A stretch of 52,460 nt of DNA from a bacterium (lineage in GTDB: Bacteria; Sysuimicrobiota; Sysuimicrobiia; Sysuimicrobiales; Humicultoraceae): contig JBGQGY010000010.1 of the NCBI GenBank assembly GCA_041497675.1, positions 1 to 52,460 of the forward strand, written 5' to 3'. The notes under the pieces are model-generated. The model searched no databases. It had not been told where the DNA came from and worked only from the letters and a program-made list of their open reading frames with translations. Position 1 is the first letter of the stretch; every line of letters starts with the position of its first letter. Shown here piece after piece: positions 28,934 to 38,343 of this stretch. The position numbers were made by a program, and so were the translations under genes.

Positions 28934-29818
28934 CTAGGACGCGCCCCGGCCGACGGCCGGGGAGGCCAGGCGCCCGCGTTCGCGCAGGTACGCGGCCAGG
29001 GCCTCCCGCCAGGACGGCAGGTCATCGGCCCCCATCGCCGCCAGCCGGGCATGGGCGAGCACCGAGTAGCGGGGTCTGCGCGCGCGCGCCGCGGGGGTCG
29101 CGGTCGCCGGTTCCAGACGGGGCGTCACCCCGGCAAGCGCAAAGATCGCGCGGGCGAAGTCCAGCCAAGAACACTGCCCGGCGTTTGTCACGTGGTAGAG
29201 GCCGAACCGGTCGGTGTGGAGCACGTCGACGATCTTCCTGGCAACGTCGCGCGCCGACGACGGCGTGAGCACATGCTCCTCGACCACGCGGATCGGCTGG
29301 TTCTCGTCCGCGAGACGCAGCATCGTCTCGACGAAGTTGCCGCGCAGGCTGGCGGCACCCGCCTTCCCGTAGAGACCGGAGGTGCGTATGACGTAGTGCC
29401 GGGGGACGAGGTTGCGGACGAAATACTCACCGGCCAGCTTGGAGGTGCCGTAGGCGGACAGTGGGTTTGGAAGATCGTCCTCCGTGTATGGCGTGGTCTT
29501 CATCCCATCGAAGACATAGTCGGTGCTGACGTGTACGAGCACACAACCGATATCCGCGCACACCTGCGCCAGGTTGCGTACGGCATAGGTATTCACCCAA
29601 AAGGCCCGTTCCGGCTCAGTCTCGCAGTCGTCCACCCGGGTGAACGCTGCCGCGTTGACCACGACGTCGGGATGGAGGCCGGAGATTCTGCTGCGTGAGT
29701 ACACGAAATCGCACAGATCCAGTTCCAGCCGACCGAAAGCGTCCACATGCTCGCCGGCGAGCGCGTTGACGATCTCGGTGCCCAGTTGTCCCGTCGCTCC
29801 CGTGACGACGACTTTCAC
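28934..29818 (-). CDS. rfbD: dTDP-4-dehydrorhamnose reductase
   Basis: VTGATGQLG, NAAAFT.VD.CE, STDYVFDG, YGTSKLAGE, RPRYSVL. Confidence 0.94.
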   Translation of the reverse strand: MKVVVTGATGQLGTEIVNALAGEHVDAFGRLELDLCDFVYSRSRISGLHPDVVVNAAAFTRVDDCETEPERAFWVNTYAVRNLAQVCADIGCVLVHVSTDYVFDGMKTTPYTEDDLPNPLSAYGTSKLAGEYFVRNLVPRHYVIRTSGLYGKAGAASLRGNFVETMLRLADENQPIRVVEEHVLTPSSARDVARKIVDVLHTDRFGLYHVTNAGQCSWLDFARAIFALAGVTPRLEPATATPAARARRPRYSVLAHARLAAMGADDLPSWREALAAYLRERGRLASPAVGRGAS

Positions 29819-29831
29819 GCCGCGTGAAACC

Positions 29832-31010
29832 TCATCGGCGATACTCGGGCGATGTCCCTGCCCACGAGCGCGCCCCATTCGTCACCCGGGCCCCCAGAAG
29901 TTCCTCATAGAGTTTCTGTGTCTCGCGGGCCATGCGGTCCTCCGCGAAATCCCTGAACGCCCGCTCTCTTCCGGCCATACCCATTCGGTGGCGGAGCTCG
30001 GGATCGGCCAGCAGCCTCCGCAGCGCCCCGGCCAGGGCCTCACCATCCCGGGGAGGCACGATCAGCCCTGTCACGCCGTCCTCCACCAGTTCAGCCACGC
30101 CGCCCACGCGCGTCGCGACCACGGGCAACCCGGCCATCATCGCCTCGATGATGGCCAGGGGAAGTCCTTCGTACCTGGAGGCGAGGACGAAGATGTCCGA
30201 GACCGCCAAGATGCTGGCGACGTCTCTCCGCATGCCTGAAAAAGTGACGCGGTCCCCAAGACCGTGGTCCCGCACGTACCGCTCTGCGGCCGGGCGCAGC
30301 GGTCCATCCCCCACCAGCACGACGGTGCCGGCGGCCAGACGCCTGGCCGCATCGAGCAGGGTCATCGGGTCCTTCTGAATGGCCAGCCGTGCCACAGAGA
30401 CGATGACCGGCAGTCCCTTCACTCCGAGGGTTCGCCTGAACGCGTCGGCGTCGAGTTGCGGAGCGCCGAGGGGGTCGATCGCGTTGCGGATCAACACAAG
30501 CTTGGTCTGGCCCCCGACGCCGAACTGTTCGGCCAGCCGCCGATCGTGCGCCGATACACACACGATCCTGGTGCTCCACCGGGCCACGAACCGCTCCATC
30601 CACGCGAGCAGCCATCGCTTCCAGCTGGCGCGACCGTCAGTGAAGGCCCACCCGTGGGCGGTGAACAGCACGACCGGCACGCGGGCGATCCTGGCCGCCA
30701 CCCGCCCCAGCAACCCCGCCTTTGTCCCGTGAGTATGGACGAGGTCGAACCGCTCCTTCAGCATGATACGAAGGAGTCTCCACAGCGCCACGGCGTCACG
30801 CCAGGGATGCGGGTCCCGGACAAACTCCGGAATACCAATGACGCGGATCCCCTGGCCCCGGAGTCTGTCGACGAGTTCCCCATGGGGAGCACAGGCCACG
30901 CTCAAGGCATACCGCTCGTGGAAGCGGCGCGCCAGGAGAAACACGATGTGTTGCGCGCCCCCCCAATCGGCGAGCGTAATGAGCAATAGCACTCTTGGCT
31001 TGGTGCCCAT
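29832..31010 (-). CDS. GT4 glycosyltransferase
   Basis: WGGAQ, VHTHGTKAG, FTAHGW, ARLAIQK, SRYEGLPLAIIEAM, TRVGG. Confidence 0.92.
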   Translation of the reverse strand: MGTKPRVLLLITLADWGGAQHIVFLLARRFHERYALSVACAPHGELVDRLRGQGIRVIGIPEFVRDPHPWRDAVALWRLLRIMLKERFDLVHTHGTKAGLLGRVAARIARVPVVLFTAHGWAFTDGRASWKRWLLAWMERFVARWSTRIVCVSAHDRRLAEQFGVGGQTKLVLIRNAIDPLGAPQLDADAFRRTLGVKGLPVIVSVARLAIQKDPMTLLDAARRLAAGTVVLVGDGPLRPAAERYVRDHGLGDRVTFSGMRRDVASILAVSDIFVLASRYEGLPLAIIEAMMAGLPVVATRVGGVAELVEDGVTGLIVPPRDGEALAGALRRLLADPELRHRMGMAGRERAFRDFAEDRMARETQKLYEELLGARVTNGARSWAGTSPEYRR

Positions 31011-31113
31011 CTGCGTGGTCGGTGCAGTTCGTCGAGTCGCGGTCAAGCACCTCCGGACATCATGAGCGTGAGCGGCGAGTCCACTCGAGGCACGTGCGTT
31101 CAGAAATCGTATA

Positions 31114-32289
31114 ATGGACGCCGTGCAGACCGAGCGGATCCGCAACGCGGTCCTTCTGGCGACCGCGGCGATGTACGCGGCCGGCTACGCGACGCACGGC
31201 CTGGTGTGGATGCTGGCCGTCGCGGTGCGCGAGGCGATCTCGAAGACCTGGCGGTGGGTCCCCACGTCGCTTGACCGACCCCTTGTCGCATTCGTCGCCG
31301 CCGCATTCCTGTCCGCGCTGTTTTCCGAATGGCGCGGCGCGTCGGTGGCGATGTCGGTGACCCTCGCACTGACCATCGCCCTCTCTGTCCGGACCGTCGC
31401 GGCCTACGCCGTCGGGGGCACCGACGGGTGCCTGCGGTTCCTGACCATCTGGGTCGCCGGAGGCGTCGCGGCCGCGTTGTGGGTGGTAATCCAGTTTGAT
31501 CCCACCGGGCAGGTCCTCCCGGGGACGGCCATGCTGGGGAACAACGGCGTGGGTACCACGCTGGCCGCCTCGGCCGTCATCGCGCTGAGCCTGCTCGTCA
31601 GCCGGGCATGGGGACGGCCGTGGCTCCTGGCGGCCGCAGTCGCCGTGCTCCTCGCAGGGCTGGTCGCGACGTGGTCCCGAGGCGCCTGGATCAGCACGGC
31701 TGCGGGGGTGGTCACGCTGCTGGCGGTCGGAGTCGACCGGCGCGTGCGCATCGCGCTGGGACTCCTGATACTCCTCCTGGTGTCACTGGGGGCGGTGCTG
31801 TTGCCGCGGTGGCCGGAGTTGTATGCCGAGGTTCGCTCTATCGGCAGCCTCGAAGCGAACAAGAACCGGATCGCGATCTGGCAAGCGGTGCCGAAGATGG
31901 TGCGTGATCATCCTCTGGTCGGCACCGGGTTCGGCACGTTCGCGTCGGCGTATCCCCGGTACCGCCTGCCCTACGCGCGGGACCTCACGCCCCCGTTCGC
32001 CCACAACCTGCTGCTCAACGCGGCGGTCGAGACGGGAGTGCTTGGACTCGTGGCCATCGTCGCCCTCTGCGCCGCGGGTCTGGCTTCGTCCTGGCGCTGG
32101 GTGATGCGAACCCCGCATGGGTCGCCCGAACGGACCGCCGCCGCCGCCGTGTTGCCAGCCCTGGTCACGCTACTCGCCACCCAGATGGTGGATGGCACGT
32201 TCATGTACGTCCATGTCAGCTTTGGATTCTTTGCCCTGCTGGCGCTGGGCGCGGTCGGGGACCGGTCTCTCTCCCATCTACACGCTTGA
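31114..32289 (+). CDS. O-antigen ligase (Wzy_C/WaaL) family membrane protein
   Basis: Multiple TMs, TWSRGAW, RIAIW, HPLVGTGFGTF, AHNLLLN..VETG. May start at GTG 31123. Confidence 0.85.
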   Translation: MDAVQTERIRNAVLLATAAMYAAGYATHGLVWMLAVAVREAISKTWRWVPTSLDRPLVAFVAAAFLSALFSEWRGASVAMSVTLALTIALSVRTVAAYAVGGTDGCLRFLTIWVAGGVAAALWVVIQFDPTGQVLPGTAMLGNNGVGTTLAASAVIALSLLVSRAWGRPWLLAAAVAVLLAGLVATWSRGAWISTAAGVVTLLAVGVDRRVRIALGLLILLLVSLGAVLLPRWPELYAEVRSIGSLEANKNRIAIWQAVPKMVRDHPLVGTGFGTFASAYPRYRLPYARDLTPPFAHNLLLNAAVETGVLGLVAIVALCAAGLASSWRWVMRTPHGSPERTAAAAVLPALVTLLATQMVDGTFMYVHVSFGFFALLALGAVGDRSLSHLHA

Positions 32290-33033
32290 GTACGCTCTCG
32301 CGACGTCTCTCGATGGTCCCACGCATCGCACCGTTCCATGATCGATCCACACGGTTCGCTGACAGAGTGTCTGCACGAGGTTGAGGTCGTGCGTCACCAG
32401 GAGGATCGTGGTGCCGCTGTCACGGAACGACGCGATACGCTCCCGGCATTTCGCCTGAAACGCCTCATCGCCAACGGCAAGGATCTCATCAAGGAGCAGC
32501 ACGTCCGGCTTCCAGGTCGTCGCCACGGCGAACCCCAGCCGGGCGGTCATACCGCTCGAATACGTGCGGAGCGGGGCGTCGATAAACTCGCTCAACTCGG
32601 CAAACTCCAGAACGTCGGCAAACCGCTCTGTGATCTCTCGATGTGAATGTCCGAGCAGTGTCCCGTTGAGAAAGACGTTCTCCCGACCGGTCAACTCGGG
32701 ATGAAACCCGGCCCCAAGCTCCAGGAGCGGCGCCACGCCCCCCCGAACCCTGATCCGTCCACTGGTTGGGTGCAGCACGCGGGAGATGACCTTCAAGAGC
32801 GTGCTCTTCCCGGCGCCGTTTCGCCCAACGACCCCCAACACCTCGCCTCGATCAATCTGCAGGGTCACGTCGCGCAGGGCCCAAAATTCGTGGTGGTCGA
32901 CACGGCGCTGCATCCAGCGAATCGCGTACTCTTTGAACGTTCCAATGTGCTCGTGGGGTACGCGGTATCGGACGCCGACCTGCTCGATGTCGATGATCGG
33001 GTCGCCGGGTTCAGACACGGTACGGGAACTCAT
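32278..33033 (-). CDS. wzt: Polysaccharide export ABC transporter ATP-binding protein
   Basis: FWALRDV, GRNGAGKSTLL, GFHPELTGREN, YSSGM, LLDEILAVGD; 251 aa with no C-terminal carbohydrate-binding extension. Confidence 0.93.
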   Translation of the reverse strand: MSSRTVSEPGDPIIDIEQVGVRYRVPHEHIGTFKEYAIRWMQRRVDHHEFWALRDVTLQIDRGEVLGVVGRNGAGKSTLLKVISRVLHPTSGRIRVRGGVAPLLELGAGFHPELTGRENVFLNGTLLGHSHREITERFADVLEFAELSEFIDAPLRTYSSGMTARLGFAVATTWKPDVLLLDEILAVGDEAFQAKCRERIASFRDSGTTILLVTHDLNLVQTLCQRTVWIDHGTVRCVGPSRDVARAYSSV

Positions 33034-33835
33034 CGGCCTTCCGTGTGAACACCGTCCACCCGATTGCGAGTGTGCCCACCGCGACCGCCGCAGCCGACGC
33101 GAGGTGTGCGGGGTGCGGCCAGACGCCGTTGTAGAGCGGAAGGCGAAACACCTGCACGAGGTAATACATGGGGTTGAAATCGACCATCAGCCACCTGTAG
33201 GCCTGCGGCACGATCGTCTCGGGGTAGATGATGGGAGTCATATACATCCAGCCGAGGAGCACGATCTGGTACATCTCCACCACATCGGGAAAGTACACGG
33301 CGATCGTGGACAGCAGCAGCCCGAGACCCAGCGTGAACAGCGCCAAGAGCAAGATGGACACGGGCAACAACAACGCGGTGGGCCGAAGAGGGCTGCCGGT
33401 GATCAACGCCACGAGCGCGAACGGTGTCAGCGAAAGAACCAGGTTGACCAAACCGGTCCCGACCGACGCCACCGCAAACACCGTGCGCGGGACGTAGATG
33501 CGATGGATCAGGGCGCTTCCCCAGGTCAGGTGGGTCATGGCCGCTGTGGTCGCCTGGGCGAAGAAGTTCCAGGCGATCAGCCCGCTGAGCACATAGACCG
33601 GATACGCCCGCATTCCGCCAAAGAGGCTGGAGAACGCCAGGGAGAGCACGACCATCATCCCGAGGGGAGTCAGCATCGTCCACGCCACGCCCAGCACCGA
33701 CCGTTTGTAGCGCGTAAGGACGTCGCGACGAATCAGTTGCTTGATCAAATCACGATACCGGATCGCCTGCACCAGTTCCTCGATCACCAGCGGCGGACGC
33801 CGTGCGGAGTCGAATACTGGGAGCGTCTCAAGCAC
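33011..33835 (-). CDS. wzm: Polysaccharide export ABC transporter permease
   Basis: RYKRSVLGVAW, YPVYVLSGL, TPIIYP, NPMYY; GGAGG SD. Confidence 0.93.
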   Translation of the reverse strand: MLETLPVFDSARRPPLVIEELVQAIRYRDLIKQLIRRDVLTRYKRSVLGVAWTMLTPLGMMVVLSLAFSSLFGGMRAYPVYVLSGLIAWNFFAQATTAAMTHLTWGSALIHRIYVPRTVFAVASVGTGLVNLVLSLTPFALVALITGSPLRPTALLLPVSILLLALFTLGLGLLLSTIAVYFPDVVEMYQIVLLGWMYMTPIIYPETIVPQAYRWLMVDFNPMYYLVQVFRLPLYNGVWPHPAHLASAAAVAVGTLAIGWTVFTRKADEFPYRV

Positions 33836-33896
33836 TTACGCAATCCTCCGATGCGGGGTCAGACGGCGAGGCTGACTCAGGTCAGGCTGTACGGCC

Positions 33897-33930
33897 GTGG
33901 GGGGCGGCGGCGCTGGCCGCCGCCCCCCAC
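33897..33930 (-). terminator. Perfect 15-bp GC stem-loop downstream of the substrate-binding gene (terminator or mRNA-stabilising hairpin)
   Basis: GTGGGGGGCGGCGGC (33897-33911), loop GCTG, GCCGCCGCCCCCCAC (33916-33930); no U-tract. Confidence 0.65.
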
Positions 33931-33941
33931 GTGGGAACAGG

Positions 33942-35555
33942 TTACTGCGGTGCCGCAACCCACCCGTGCGTCTGGAAGTCGTAGAAGCCGGGGACGCTGT
34001 ACTGCACGTTGCTCATGCGTTTGGTAATGGCGGTCAGGCCCTTCTGATAGTACAGGACCACGTACGGCAGCTCGTCCGCGAACACTTCCTGGAAACGGCT
34101 GTAGATCGCCCGTCGCTTCGCAGTGTCCGCGGTCGCCAGACCCTCATCCAGGAGCTGGTCGATTTGTGTGTTCGACATATGGATCAGCCTGGTGTACGTC
34201 GCTCCGGTGCGGAACTGCGACGCCACATCCGGGTCGACCCCCCCGGACCATCCCACGAGTGCAACGTCGTAGTTGGCCGCATACATCGCTGCCAGGTGGG
34301 TGGGAAAGTCCGATTTCTGAATCTCCGCCTTCATGCCGACGGCGACCAGGTTCTCCCGGATAATGTCCGCTGAACGCTCGCGGATGATGTTGCCGGTCGG
34401 CACGCGGATGACGATCGTGCGGTTGAAGTCCCACCCTGCCTCCTGGAGCAAGGCTCGGGCGCGGGCGACGTCGTACGGCCACGGCTTCACATTCTTGTTG
34501 AAGTAGGGATTGCTGGGCCAGATGGGACCCTCGGCCAACTCACCCTCGCCCTTCAGGAGCTGGCTCACCATGAGCTGGCGGTTCGTGGCATGCGCGATCG
34601 CCCGCCGGATGCGCTTGTCCTGCAGGTAGGGCCGGGTGAAGTTGATCCCCATGAACTGATAGCCGGGCGTGGGGACCGACACGGCCCGCACGTGCCCCAT
34701 CGCCTTCACACGATCCCAGTCGTCGGTGAGGATCGTGCCGATTCCGGCCCCGGCCGAGACGTCCAGGTCGCCGCGCTCGATCTGCGCGAGCATGGTCGTC
34801 GGCGGGATGATGCGGACGAACAGGCGGCGGACGCTTGGAGCCCCAAGGTGGTAGTTCTCGTTGACCAGCAGTTCGACGTACTGGTCGGTCTTGTACTGGA
34901 CGAACTTGTACGGCCCGTTGCCGACCTTCGGCTCCTGGAAGAAGGGATGCCGGGCCAGTTGGTCCGGCGGGACACTCCCCAGGACGTGCTTCGGGAGGAT
35001 GTAGAGACCCGCCCCGAACTTCTCGAAGACTGCGAGCGGGTCCGTCGGCTTTTCGGTCTTGATCTCGAACTGCTTTGGGCCGAGGATGCGAAACCCCAGC
35101 TGCCCACCGGGGGCCCGCTTGCCCGTGGCATCGAGCCCGGCGATGAAGGCGATTGAATTGCCGCGGTTGGTCTCGGTCTTAGGGTCGCTGATGGTCATCA
35201 CCGTGAACTGCACGTCCTCAGCCGTGACCGGCTTCCCATCGTGCCACGCGGCTTTGGGGTAGATTGTAAAGGTGAAGGTCTTGTTATCGGCCGCGGCCTC
35301 CCACTTCGTCGCCAGAGCGCCGGTGAACTTCAGCTGGTTGTCGTCCAGCCGCGCGTCCATCAGCGTATTGAACATGAACTTGACGGCGTAGTAGCCGTAC
35401 GAGCTGTCGGTGTTGATTGGGCTGAATTTGTTGGGGGGGCTCCACATGCCCGCCACGACGACCAGGCTGGATCGCTGCTGGCCAAACCCGGTCGCAGGCA
35501 AGAGCAGAGCGGCGGCCAAAGCAAGGACGACCACCGTCCGCAGTCGCATCCTCAT
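33942..35555 (-). CDS. Peptide/nickel ABC transporter substrate-binding protein (family 5)
   Basis: Signal peptide, WHDGKPVTAEDVQFT, GNGPYKF, DKRIRRAI, YDVARARALL, DELPY. Confidence 0.92.
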   Translation of the reverse strand: MRMRLRTVVVLALAAALLLPATGFGQQRSSLVVVAGMWSPPNKFSPINTDSSYGYYAVKFMFNTLMDARLDDNQLKFTGALATKWEAAADNKTFTFTIYPKAAWHDGKPVTAEDVQFTVMTISDPKTETNRGNSIAFIAGLDATGKRAPGGQLGFRILGPKQFEIKTEKPTDPLAVFEKFGAGLYILPKHVLGSVPPDQLARHPFFQEPKVGNGPYKFVQYKTDQYVELLVNENYHLGAPSVRRLFVRIIPPTTMLAQIERGDLDVSAGAGIGTILTDDWDRVKAMGHVRAVSVPTPGYQFMGINFTRPYLQDKRIRRAIAHATNRQLMVSQLLKGEGELAEGPIWPSNPYFNKNVKPWPYDVARARALLQEAGWDFNRTIVIRVPTGNIIRERSADIIRENLVAVGMKAEIQKSDFPTHLAAMYAANYDVALVGWSGGVDPDVASQFRTGATYTRLIHMSNTQIDQLLDEGLATADTAKRRAIYSRFQEVFADELPYVVLYYQKGLTAITKRMSNVQYSVPGFYDFQTHGWVAAPQ

Positions 35556-35639
35556 GATTCTCCCCCCTCTTTGGGACTCGGTATCACGGTTGCGCATGAC
35601 TTCGGTTCCCTTCTAACGCTTCCGACTCCTCCACCGTCC

Positions 35640-36545
35640 TCACAGCTTCAGGCTCGGGTCGAGGGCGTCGCGCAGCCCGTCGCCAACGAAGTTGATGACC
35701 AGTACCGAGAGTAAGATCATGAACCCCGGCGGGACCCAGAGCCACGGCATGCGTTCGAGCACCGTCAGCGATTGGGCATCGGTCAGGATATTACCCCAGG
35801 ACGGGGTCGGCGGCTGGACTCCCATTCCAAGGAACGACAGCGCGGCCTCGACCAGAATCGCGTTAGCGGTACCAAACGTCGCCGCCACCAGCACCGGCGC
35901 CATGGCATTGGGCAGCAGGTGACGGGCGACCACGCGCGCATCAGATCCGCCCATGGCCCGCGCGGCCTGGACGAACTCCTGTTGGCGCAGCGCGAGGATC
36001 TGCCCGCGCACCAGCCGCGCCACCGGCGGCCAGCCCAGCAGCCCAAGCACGATGATGACGTTCCACAGGCTGGGCTTGCCAAAGACACTGACGGCGAACA
36101 GGATGATGATCAACGGCGGGAAGGAGAGCATGATATCCATCACGCGGCTGAGGACCAGGTCGAGCGTCCCACCGGCGTACCCTGCGATCGATCCCACAAT
36201 CGTCCCAATGGTCACGTACATTGCCACGGCCAGCAGGCCGACGGTCAGCGACACGCGGGACGCGTAGATCACGCGGCTCAGGACGTCCCGGCCCACGCTG
36301 TCCGTGCCGAGGAGGTGGTCGGACGTCGGCGGGGCCTGGAATGCCGCCACATCGATGGCGGTGGGGCTGCCCGGCGCGATCACGCCGGCAAACACCGCCA
36401 TCGCCGCGATCGCCGCGAAGACGACCATCCCCGCAACGGCCAGCCGATGTCGCATGAAGCGCCGCAGCGCCAGGCTCCAGAATGACTCGGTCCAGGTGTG
36501 CGAGTCTCTTTGGGCCAGGCTCTGCGCCGGCAGGACCTTACTCAT
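35640..36545 (-). CDS. Peptide ABC transporter permease (OppC/DppC type)
   Basis: HLLGTDSVGRDV, EFVQAARAMG, HLLPN, LSFLGMGVQPP, GDGLRDALDP. Confidence 0.93.
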   Translation of the reverse strand: MSKVLPAQSLAQRDSHTWTESFWSLALRRFMRHRLAVAGMVVFAAIAAMAVFAGVIAPGSPTAIDVAAFQAPPTSDHLLGTDSVGRDVLSRVIYASRVSLTVGLLAVAMYVTIGTIVGSIAGYAGGTLDLVLSRVMDIMLSFPPLIIILFAVSVFGKPSLWNVIIVLGLLGWPPVARLVRGQILALRQQEFVQAARAMGGSDARVVARHLLPNAMAPVLVAATFGTANAILVEAALSFLGMGVQPPTPSWGNILTDAQSLTVLERMPWLWVPPGFMILLSVLVINFVGDGLRDALDPSLKL

Positions 36546-37488
36546 AGCGGATGCGCGGATCGACCAGCGAGTACGTGACGTCGGCGAGCAGGTTGCCCAC
36601 GGCCACCAGCACTGCCGTGATAATCGTAATCCCCATCAAGACGGGGTAGTCGCGCTGGTTGATCGCCTCGATGGTCAGCCGGCCCATGCCGGGCCATTCG
36701 AAGACCTGCTCGGTGATCACGGCGCCCGCGAGCAGCGCGGGGATCTGCAGCCCGGCCAGCGTGACAACGGGAATCAGCGCGTTGCGCAGCGCGTGGCGGC
36801 GGTGTACCACCGGCTCGCTGACGCCTTTCGCCCGCGCCGTCCGCACATAGTCTTGCCCAAGCACTTCGAGCACGCTTGAGCGGACATAGCGCGTCAGGGC
36901 TCCGGCGCCGGCCAGGGCCAGGACGCCGGCCGGCAGGATCAAGTGGTGCAGCAGGTCGAGGATGCCGCCTTCGCTGCCCAGGGTCATCGTCCCGCCGACC
37001 GGCAGCACGCGAAACCGGAGCGCAAAGATGTAGATCCCCGCCAACCCCAGGAAGAACGTGGGCAGGCTGATGCCGAGAAACGCGAAGAGGGTGGCCACAT
37101 AGTCCATCCAGGTATAGCGTCGCGTCGCCGCGATCATCCCCACCGGCACGGCAATGATGTATGAACAGATCAGCGCGGTCATGGTAAGCGTCAGGGTGGG
37201 GATCACCCGCTCACGGATGCGCTTCGTCACCGGCACACCGCTGCTGAACGAGTACCCCAGGTTGCCGTGCGCCAGCTCATTGAGCCACGCAAGATAGCGG
37301 ACGTAGGCCGGTCTGTCGAGGCCGAAAGCCGCTCGCTTGATCTCGATGTCGGCCTGGGTCATGGTAGGGCTGATCTGCATCTGCACCGGGTCGCCCGGGG
37401 TGAGCGACATGATGGCATAGCTCAGCACGGTGATGCCGAGCATGATCGGAAACGTGATCAGCACCCGCCGAATCAGGTAGCGCTGCAT
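36538..37488 (-). CDS. Peptide ABC transporter permease (OppB/DppB type)
   Basis: YLIRR, PGDP, GNLGYS, DYVRTARAKG, HALRNAL, RDYPV, DPRIRY. Confidence 0.93.
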   Translation of the reverse strand: MQRYLIRRVLITFPIMLGITVLSYAIMSLTPGDPVQMQISPTMTQADIEIKRAAFGLDRPAYVRYLAWLNELAHGNLGYSFSSGVPVTKRIRERVIPTLTLTMTALICSYIIAVPVGMIAATRRYTWMDYVATLFAFLGISLPTFFLGLAGIYIFALRFRVLPVGGTMTLGSEGGILDLLHHLILPAGVLALAGAGALTRYVRSSVLEVLGQDYVRTARAKGVSEPVVHRRHALRNALIPVVTLAGLQIPALLAGAVITEQVFEWPGMGRLTIEAINQRDYPVLMGITIITAVLVAVGNLLADVTYSLVDPRIRYE

Positions 37489-37513
37489 AGGCTCGGGTTC
37501 ATTGTACCGTCGT

Positions 37514-37705
37514 CTAGAAGTGCTTCAAGGCCCACAGCACGGCCATCGCCACCAGGGCCAGCACGCCCAGCACCAGCACCGGATAGAGCAGGAACAGGAG
37601 CGGGCTGGTCGCCTTCCAGGTGACGAGCACCAGCGCGATCACGAAGACCGCCGCGGCGACGAGCCCCCATCCGACGGTGCGCGACCGCAGGCGGCGTGCC
37701 TGCAC
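37514..37705 (-). CDS. Small two-TM hypothetical membrane protein
   Basis: 63 aa, basic N-terminus plus two hydrophobic helices; GTG start overlaps the upstream stop by 1 nt after GGGGGAG. Confidence 0.6.
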   Translation of the reverse strand: MQARRLRSRTVGWGLVAAAVFVIALVLVTWKATSPLLFLLYPVLVLGVLALVAMAVLWALKHF

Positions 37706-38304
37706 TACGCGCTCCCCCCAGGTCCCTCGCGCTCGCCCAGCCGCGCCCGCAGCGACAGGATGGTCTCCTCATACGCTTGCAGGACGCGCGCCTGGCGCTG
37801 GAAGCGGGCCGCCAGATATCCCGCGTACAGCGCCACTCCCCAAAACGCCAGGATCTTAGCCCCCTCGGCCGTCAGGTCAGGGACCGGGCGCACCATCAGC
37901 ACGGCGACGTACGCCACGTTGTACACGAGTGCGACGACAATGGCCATCGCCATCCCGTAGCGCACCGCGTTGCTGACCAGCACGATGAAGTAGACGTAGT
38001 AGAAGGGACTCGCGCTCCCGCCAGAATAGCCGACGAGCACCGAGATCATGGCCAGGTCGCTGCCGGTCGTCACGTAGCGGAGCCACCGGGGGGCGCCGCG
38101 GCGCAGCACCGCCGAGAATCCCAGGTTCAACGCCGCGATGACGGCGGTCAACGCGACGATGACGGGCCAGGGCGTGTCGACGGTGCCCGTGCGCCGCATG
38201 TACGTCACAGCCGCGAGCGCCACGGTCACAACGATCCAACGGATCGTGACCTTGCTCTGCTCGGTCCGCTGCTCGTCTTCTGCGCCTTGAGACCATGTCA
38301 CCAT
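37705..38304 (-). CDS. Membrane protein resembling a stand-alone sensor input domain
   Basis: About six TMs with DL..IS.L...SGGSASPFYYVYF..V..A.RYG, then a short coiled coil and no catalytic domain. Confidence 0.65.
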   Translation of the reverse strand: MVTWSQGAEDEQRTEQSKVTIRWIVVTVALAAVTYMRRTGTVDTPWPVIVALTAVIAALNLGFSAVLRRGAPRWLRYVTTGSDLAMISVLVGYSGGSASPFYYVYFIVLVSNAVRYGMAMAIVVALVYNVAYVAVLMVRPVPDLTAEGAKILAFWGVALYAGYLAARFQRQARVLQAYEETILSLRARLGEREGPGGSA

Positions 38305-38343
38305 GGCGGTCTCCCCGTCGAACGCGCGCTGCGCGCCGTGCGT

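Noticed and set aside
32786..34027. 413-aa + strand ORF
   Set aside because: Antisense to wzm/wzt with no recognisable domain.
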